64,000 nt of DNA, from positions 22,349-86,348 of the forward strand of contig CAZFTR010000004.1 in assembly GCA_964522405.1 (NCBI GenBank), read 5' to 3'. The notes below the pieces were generated by a model. It was not told the origin of the DNA, did no database searches, and saw only the letters and a program-made list of their open reading frames with translations. The stretch comes from an uncultured Gammaproteobacteria bacterium (GTDB taxonomy: Bacteria > Patescibacteriota > Patescibacteriia > Magasanikbacterales > UBA922). The number at the start of each line of letters is the position of its first letter. Positions within the stretch are counted from its first letter, which is position 1. Both the position numbers and the translations under genes were made by a program. This document shows, piece after piece, positions 59,972 through 64,000 of the stretch.

Positions 59972-60397
59972 TTACCAAGTTTTGGGATGAAGAATTCCAA
60001 TTCTAAAAAGTTGCCTGAAATGATCTAATATTTGCCAACTTCCGTACCTATGCCGGAGATGAACCATGTACTGATGAAAATCTTGTTTGAGTGCATAAAT
60101 TCTCTGTTTATTCAAAGCAACAGTCAATAAAATAAGAGAAAAACCAGCCAAACTAAGCAAAATTGCTTTTAAAATTTCTTCTAAACTAGTCAACATTGGT
60201 AAGTAATCATGATTCATTTGACTAGCCGGAACCTCCATAGCGCAACAAGGCATCATTTCCATATCTGCACTTGCTCCGGGCATAATATGGCCCGGCATTG
60301 CAAATACTCCAAGACGTAGACCCCCACAAAAAAAGGCAAAGCTGGTAATAGTGATTGCAATCACCAATGTTTTTATATGCTTTTTACTAAAATTCAT
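59972..60397 (-). CDS. Met-rich membrane-anchored protein, first gene of the operon
   Basis: MPGHIMPGASADMEMMPCCAMEV followed by one TM helix. Confidence 0.45.
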   Translation of the reverse strand: MNFSKKHIKTLVIAITITSFAFFCGGLRLGVFAMPGHIMPGASADMEMMPCCAMEVPASQMNHDYLPMLTSLEEILKAILLSLAGFSLILLTVALNKQRIYALKQDFHQYMVHLRHRYGSWQILDHFRQLFRIGILHPKTW

Positions 60398-60497
60398 ACC
60401 TGATTATGATAGCAAAAATATTATTAAATGTAAATATGTTAATTATTTTGCCTACAAAAAAGAGGCTTCAAACCTCTTTTTCTTATTTCTATAAATT

Positions 60498-62285
60498 TTA
60501 CTTTTTCCTCGAAGCCCTAACCCTATCCACTTCTTTTAATTGCTGTTTGCGCAATCGTACACTACTCGGTGTAATTTCCAGATATTCGTCTTCTGACATT
60601 ATTTCCATTCCTCGCTCAAGTGTTAAATCCATTGGTGGAACAAGCTGGGTAGCTATATCTGCTCCGGAAGCGCGCATATTTGTAAGTTGTTTTCCTTTTA
60701 TTGGATTTACTGTCATATCCATTCCTTTTGCTGTATTCCCTATTACCTGACCTTCATAGACATCTACATTTGGCTCAACATACATAACTCCTCGCTGTTG
60801 CAAGTTTGCCAGAGAATAAGAAAGTACTTTTCCGGTTTCTCCGGAGATCATAGAACCAACATCGCGTTTTTCAATCTCACCAACGTATTTTTCAAACCCA
60901 ATAACTTCACTACATAAAATTCCCTCCCCACGAGTGTCTACAATAAACTCACTTCTGTATCCAAGTAATCCTCTGGTTGGAATTTTATAAATCATACGTG
61001 TGTGACTTTGCTCTGGAGCCATTGATAGCATTTGCCCTTTGCGCTTTGCCATTTTTTCGATCACTACTCCTGAAGCTTCTTCTGGAATATCAAGAGTTAC
61101 TTCTTCAAATGGCTCATGCTTAACTCCATCTATTTCTTTGATAATAACTTGAGGTTGAGAAACCTGAACTTCGAAATTTTCACGACGCATATTCTCAAGC
61201 AAAATTGCAATATGCAATTCCCCTCTTCCATACACTTTGAAATAATCTGCTGAAGAAAAATCTATTTTTAAACCAACATTTACTTCCAGTTCTTTTTCCA
61301 GTCTTTTCTTGATTTGCTGACTGGTTACATATTTTCCTTCTTTTCCGGCAAATGGAGAATTATTTACCAAAAAATTCAAGCAAATTGTTGGTTCATCAAT
61401 TTTAATTACCGGCAAAAGCTCTTGATTTTCATCTGAACAAATGGTATCACCAATATATATTTCAGGAAGACCGGAAACCATAACAATGTCCCCTGCACCT
61501 GCTTCAGCAACTTCTTTTCGATTCATTCCTTCAAAAGTAAAAAGTTTTAAAATATTTCCTGATGTAGTTTTTCCATCATGTTTTTTTACAAAAACCTTGT
61601 CACCTGTCTTGATCTTTCCTTGATACACTCGTCCGATTCCAAGACGACCCAGATAATTATCATAAGCCAAATTAAATGGCTGAAAAGCAAAAGGCGCTTC
61701 TGTTGTTACTTGCGCTGCTGGAACTTTTTCTAGAATTGTATCAAGAAGTGGAACTAGATTGTCTGGCTCATCAGATAAGTCCATCTTTGCAAGACCATCT
61801 TTGGCATTTGCATAAACTGTAGTGAAATCGAGCTGCTCGTCATTTGCACCAAGATCCATAAACAGTTCGAGAACTTTATCATGAGCCCAATCAGGTCGAG
61901 CTGCCGGTTTGTCGATTTTATTGAGAACTACAATTGGTTTTAAACCTAGTTCTAATGATTTTTTCAAAACAAACTTAGTTTGAGGCATTGGACCTTCTTG
62001 CGCATCTACAATTAGCAAGACAGAATCAATAGAACGCAAAACCCGCTCCACTTCAGAACCAAAATCCGCATGACCCGGAGTGTCCACAATATTAATCTTC
62101 GTATCTTTATAAAAAACCGAAGTATTTTTTGAATAAATAGTAATTCCACGCTCACGCTCCAGATCATTTGAATCCATACTGGCGCTTTCATCAGTAATCA
62201 TCCCGGTTTGATGCATCAGAGCATCAGTCAGGCGGGTTTTACCGTGATCTACATGGGCTATAATTGCAATGTTTCTAATTTCCAT
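60498..62285 (-). CDS. typA: Translational GTPase TypA/BipA
   Basis: AHVDHGKT, DTPGH and NKID GTPase motifs with EF-G-like domains. The start is at 62285 (MEIRNIAIIAHV); the track's upstream extension is ignored. Confidence 0.9.
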   Translation of the reverse strand: MEIRNIAIIAHVDHGKTRLTDALMHQTGMITDESASMDSNDLERERGITIYSKNTSVFYKDTKINIVDTPGHADFGSEVERVLRSIDSVLLIVDAQEGPMPQTKFVLKKSLELGLKPIVVLNKIDKPAARPDWAHDKVLELFMDLGANDEQLDFTTVYANAKDGLAKMDLSDEPDNLVPLLDTILEKVPAAQVTTEAPFAFQPFNLAYDNYLGRLGIGRVYQGKIKTGDKVFVKKHDGKTTSGNILKLFTFEGMNRKEVAEAGAGDIVMVSGLPEIYIGDTICSDENQELLPVIKIDEPTICLNFLVNNSPFAGKEGKYVTSQQIKKRLEKELEVNVGLKIDFSSADYFKVYGRGELHIAILLENMRRENFEVQVSQPQVIIKEIDGVKHEPFEEVTLDIPEEASGVVIEKMAKRKGQMLSMAPEQSHTRMIYKIPTRGLLGYRSEFIVDTRGEGILCSEVIGFEKYVGEIEKRDVGSMISGETGKVLSYSLANLQQRGVMYVEPNVDVYEGQVIGNTAKGMDMTVNPIKGKQLTNMRASGADIATQLVPPMDLTLERGMEIMSEDEYLEITPSSVRLRKQQLKEVDRVRASRKK

Positions 62286-62452
62286 AATGTTATATAAAAA
62301 AACCTCTGGAATGGAGCTGTCGCCAAATACGCTTTTGGCAATACTACCATTAACGAGGCTTGAATCTGAGAATACAGTATTATATACTAAAAGCCTTAAA
62401 AAGTCAATTCTATATGCAAATCCCAAAACGCAAACTAGGAAAATATGCCCAA

Positions 62453-62896
62453 ATGCCCACAGATCATGTCATGAGCAAGGCAAAATATCAAGAGCTGGAA
62501 CTTGAGCTCCAAAAACTAAAAAAGAAACGACCTCAGGCAGCACAAGAAGTAGTCAGACTGGCAGAACTGGGAGATTTTTCAGAGAATGTGGAGTATCAGC
62601 TAGCCAAAAGACGACTTCGAGGAATAAATGGCGCCATGCTCAAACTAGAATACAGAATTAACAATGCTGAGATTGTAGAAGCGAGTAACGGCGAGGTAGT
62701 AGAACTTGGTAGTACAGTGGAGCTCAAAACCCCTAAAGGAAGGCGAAAATACACGATTTTAGGCGCTTCTGAGGCAGATCCGGCAAAAGGTGTGATATCT
62801 CATCAGTCGCCTCTAGGAGAAGAGCTGATGGGGAGGAGAGTTGGTGATAAGTTTAGTGCGAGGATTGGAGAGTGTGAGGTGGTGGGTGTAAATTAA
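62453..62896 (+). CDS. greA: Transcription elongation factor GreA
   Basis: GDFSENVEY acidic finger-tip motif and an FKBP-like C-terminus. The start is MPTDHVMSKAK at 62453 (or 62471), not the track's 62360. Confidence 0.8.
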   Translation: MPTDHVMSKAKYQELELELQKLKKKRPQAAQEVVRLAELGDFSENVEYQLAKRRLRGINGAMLKLEYRINNAEIVEASNGEVVELGSTVELKTPKGRRKYTILGASEADPAKGVISHQSPLGEELMGRRVGDKFSARIGECEVVGVN

Positions 62897-62967
62897 GTAA
62901 AGTTTAATTTTATTTAATGAAATTGACTAATAGAGATTGAAGGTAGTAATAATAAATGTTATAGTAT

Positions 62968-62996
62968 TGACAGATGAATATTTTTATGCTATAAAG
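62968..62996 (+). promoter_or_regulatory. Consensus promoter TTGACA-N17-TATAAA upstream of hicB
   Basis: Perfect -35 and near-perfect -10, 17-nt spacer. Confidence 0.45.
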
Positions 62997-63018
62997 ATAA
63001 CTGCTTAATTTTCATATT

Positions 63019-63444
63019 ATGAGTAATCTATCTCCTATACAATATAGATTTTCTGTCTTATTTTCTCAGATTAAGGCTTTTTTATTCAAAAAAACTGAAA
63101 TAATTCCTGAAGCCTATAATTGTTACAGAGATAAATTACCTAAAATAGTAAAGGTTGATTGGGAAAGATTTGAGGACGGATTTATTGTTGGAAAAGTTAG
63201 TGCTGATGACTTTAATTTTGTAACTCAAGGTAAAAATGCTAAGGAATTTGTTAGAATGGTAAATGATGCTATTTATACAGCTTATGAAATACCGCCAAAA
63301 TATTTTTATGCATTAGGTGGTTTTACAACTTTTTCACCACCAGAAGAAGAACTACTAAAACTAAAAAATAAAAAAATAAAAAAAGCTTCATTTGGTAATA
63401 AAATATCTTTAATGCCTAAAAAAGAATTAGTGATTGCAAAATAA
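63019..63444 (+). CDS. hicB: HicB-like antitoxin (RNase H-like fold)
   Basis: DGFIVGKVSADDFNFVTQGKNAKEFVRMVNDAIYTAYE resembles the HicB core (DGGYVV..PDLPGC.TQGDT.EEAL.NA.EAI). Confidence 0.45.
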   Translation: MSNLSPIQYRFSVLFSQIKAFLFKKTEIIPEAYNCYRDKLPKIVKVDWERFEDGFIVGKVSADDFNFVTQGKNAKEFVRMVNDAIYTAYEIPPKYFYALGGFTTFSPPEEELLKLKNKKIKKASFGNKISLMPKKELVIAK

Positions 63445-63450
63445 AAAAAT

Positions 63451-63699
63451 ATGGGAGAATTTGCTGATATCAAACGAAAGAAATTTTTGCAATTATTGAA
63501 GAAAATATCAAAAAATAAAAATTTTGACATAAACTGTGGTGGTAATCACCAGTGGAAAATATCTCATCAAACCTTTAAGCGACCATATCCTATCCCCTTT
63601 AAAAGAAATAAGGTCAAAGGAGTTTATCTTAAAGAGATTATAAAACTTATAGCCAAAACTGGCGAATTCACAGAAGATGAACTTAAAGAGATGATTTAA
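63451..63699 (+). CDS. hicA: HicA-like mRNA interferase toxin
   Basis: KKFLQLLKK...GGNHQWKISH....RPYPIPF.RNKVKGVYLKEIIKLI fits the HicA pattern (K.LIK.L...GW.....GSHH.F.H...........P.H...L..GTL..I.K). Confidence 0.55.
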   Translation: MGEFADIKRKKFLQLLKKISKNKNFDINCGGNHQWKISHQTFKRPYPIPFKRNKVKGVYLKEIIKLIAKTGEFTEDELKEMI

Positions 63700-63718
63700 T
63701 AAGCCACATGTCGATATG

Positions 63719-63746
63719 ATAAAAAAAACCGCTCAATCAAGCGGTT
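63719..63746 (+). terminator. Intrinsic terminator after hicA
   Basis: AAACCGC-tcaatca-AGCGGTTTT. Confidence 0.55.
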
Positions 63747-63798
63747 TTAAGTTTAAATTAATAACTGGTCCTTCACTCACACTTTCTTCTTTCTACTC

Positions 63799-64000
63799 TT
63801 AACTTTCTACCACTACTTGCTCCGGCTTAGTTCTATAGATGAAAAGTATGGCTATTAAAAGTACTACAAGTGTCAATACTGTGGTTTGTAAATTAAATAC
63901 ATTAAAGACTTGCACCCAAAAATTTGTATCTACTTTAAAAAGTTTGATATTGCTTGGTTTGGTTCTAACTTTTGCTTTTTTATCAACGGAAACTGAAAAT
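63799..64000 (-). CDS. Partial ORF, C-terminal end of a membrane-anchored hypothetical protein (continues beyond the window end)
   Basis: The minus-strand frame is open from the window edge to a TAA at 63801-63799 and ends ...LTLVVLLIAILFIYRTKPEQVVVES. Confidence 0.25.
   Translation of the reverse strand, partial: FSVSVDKKAKVRTKPSNIKLFKVDTNFWVQVFNVFNLQTTVLTLVVLLIAILFIYRTKPEQVVVES

Noticed and set aside
60406-60750. 114-aa plus-strand ORF overlapping the 3' end of typA
   Set aside because: It is antisense to a strongly supported GTPase gene and has no SD.
62360-62452. TTG-initiated N-terminal extension of greA
   Set aside because: The GreA alignment begins at MPTDHVMSKAKYQEL, and the extension would overlap the divergent typA promoter region.

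Overview
This is a 64-kb, strongly A+T-rich bacterial chromosomal segment with compact, mostly housekeeping gene content. Many proteins are shortened or degenerate (a 416-aa ProRS with no editing domain, a PriA-like protein with no Walker A), which is consistent with, but does not prove, a reduced-genome CPR/Patescibacteria-like organism.

Recognisable genes, in order along the window:
- mreB (5' fragment), proS, a DciA-like protein, two tandem membrane-anchored SAM methyltransferases
- a UvrD-family helicase–nuclease, a glutamine amidotransferase-like protein, an ABC exporter, a CPA2-type antiporter
- a complete minus-strand F1Fo ATP synthase operon (atpZ-B-E-F-H-A-G-[orf]-D-C) with one extra hypothetical ORF between atpG and atpD
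- tatD, cvpA, metG, rsmI, a PBP5-like carboxypeptidase, a LigB-like protein, a priA-like gene, def-fmt
- a GT2 glycosyltransferase, a Mur ligase, a Ca-type P-type ATPase, tRNA-Lys(UUU), L-asparaginase, an AEC transporter, an orphan OmpR-family response regulator, a cadherin-like secreted protein, a ZIP transporter
- a ~10-kb, 13-gene minus-strand copper/thiol-redox operon (YceI, CopA, an HMA–CcdA–cupredoxin fusion, DUF302, a thioredoxin-like protein, several Cys-pair membrane proteins, DUF411/CopG-like, a Met-rich protein)
- typA, greA and a hicB–hicA pair.

Superimposed on this backbone are nine short, conspicuously G+C-rich islands: about 3535-4010, 7141-7795, 10950-11440, 13040-13960, 24425-24710, 25335-25780, 27375-27600, 38416-38700 and 49800-50170. 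Most carry their own near-consensus sigma70-like promoter, a Shine-Dalgarno-like purine tract, a GC3-rich ORF (or, in one case, a multi-stem RNA-like element) and a G+C-rich hairpin. These islands, together with the unusual copper/thiol operon, are the best candidates for foreign or undescribed systems in the window.
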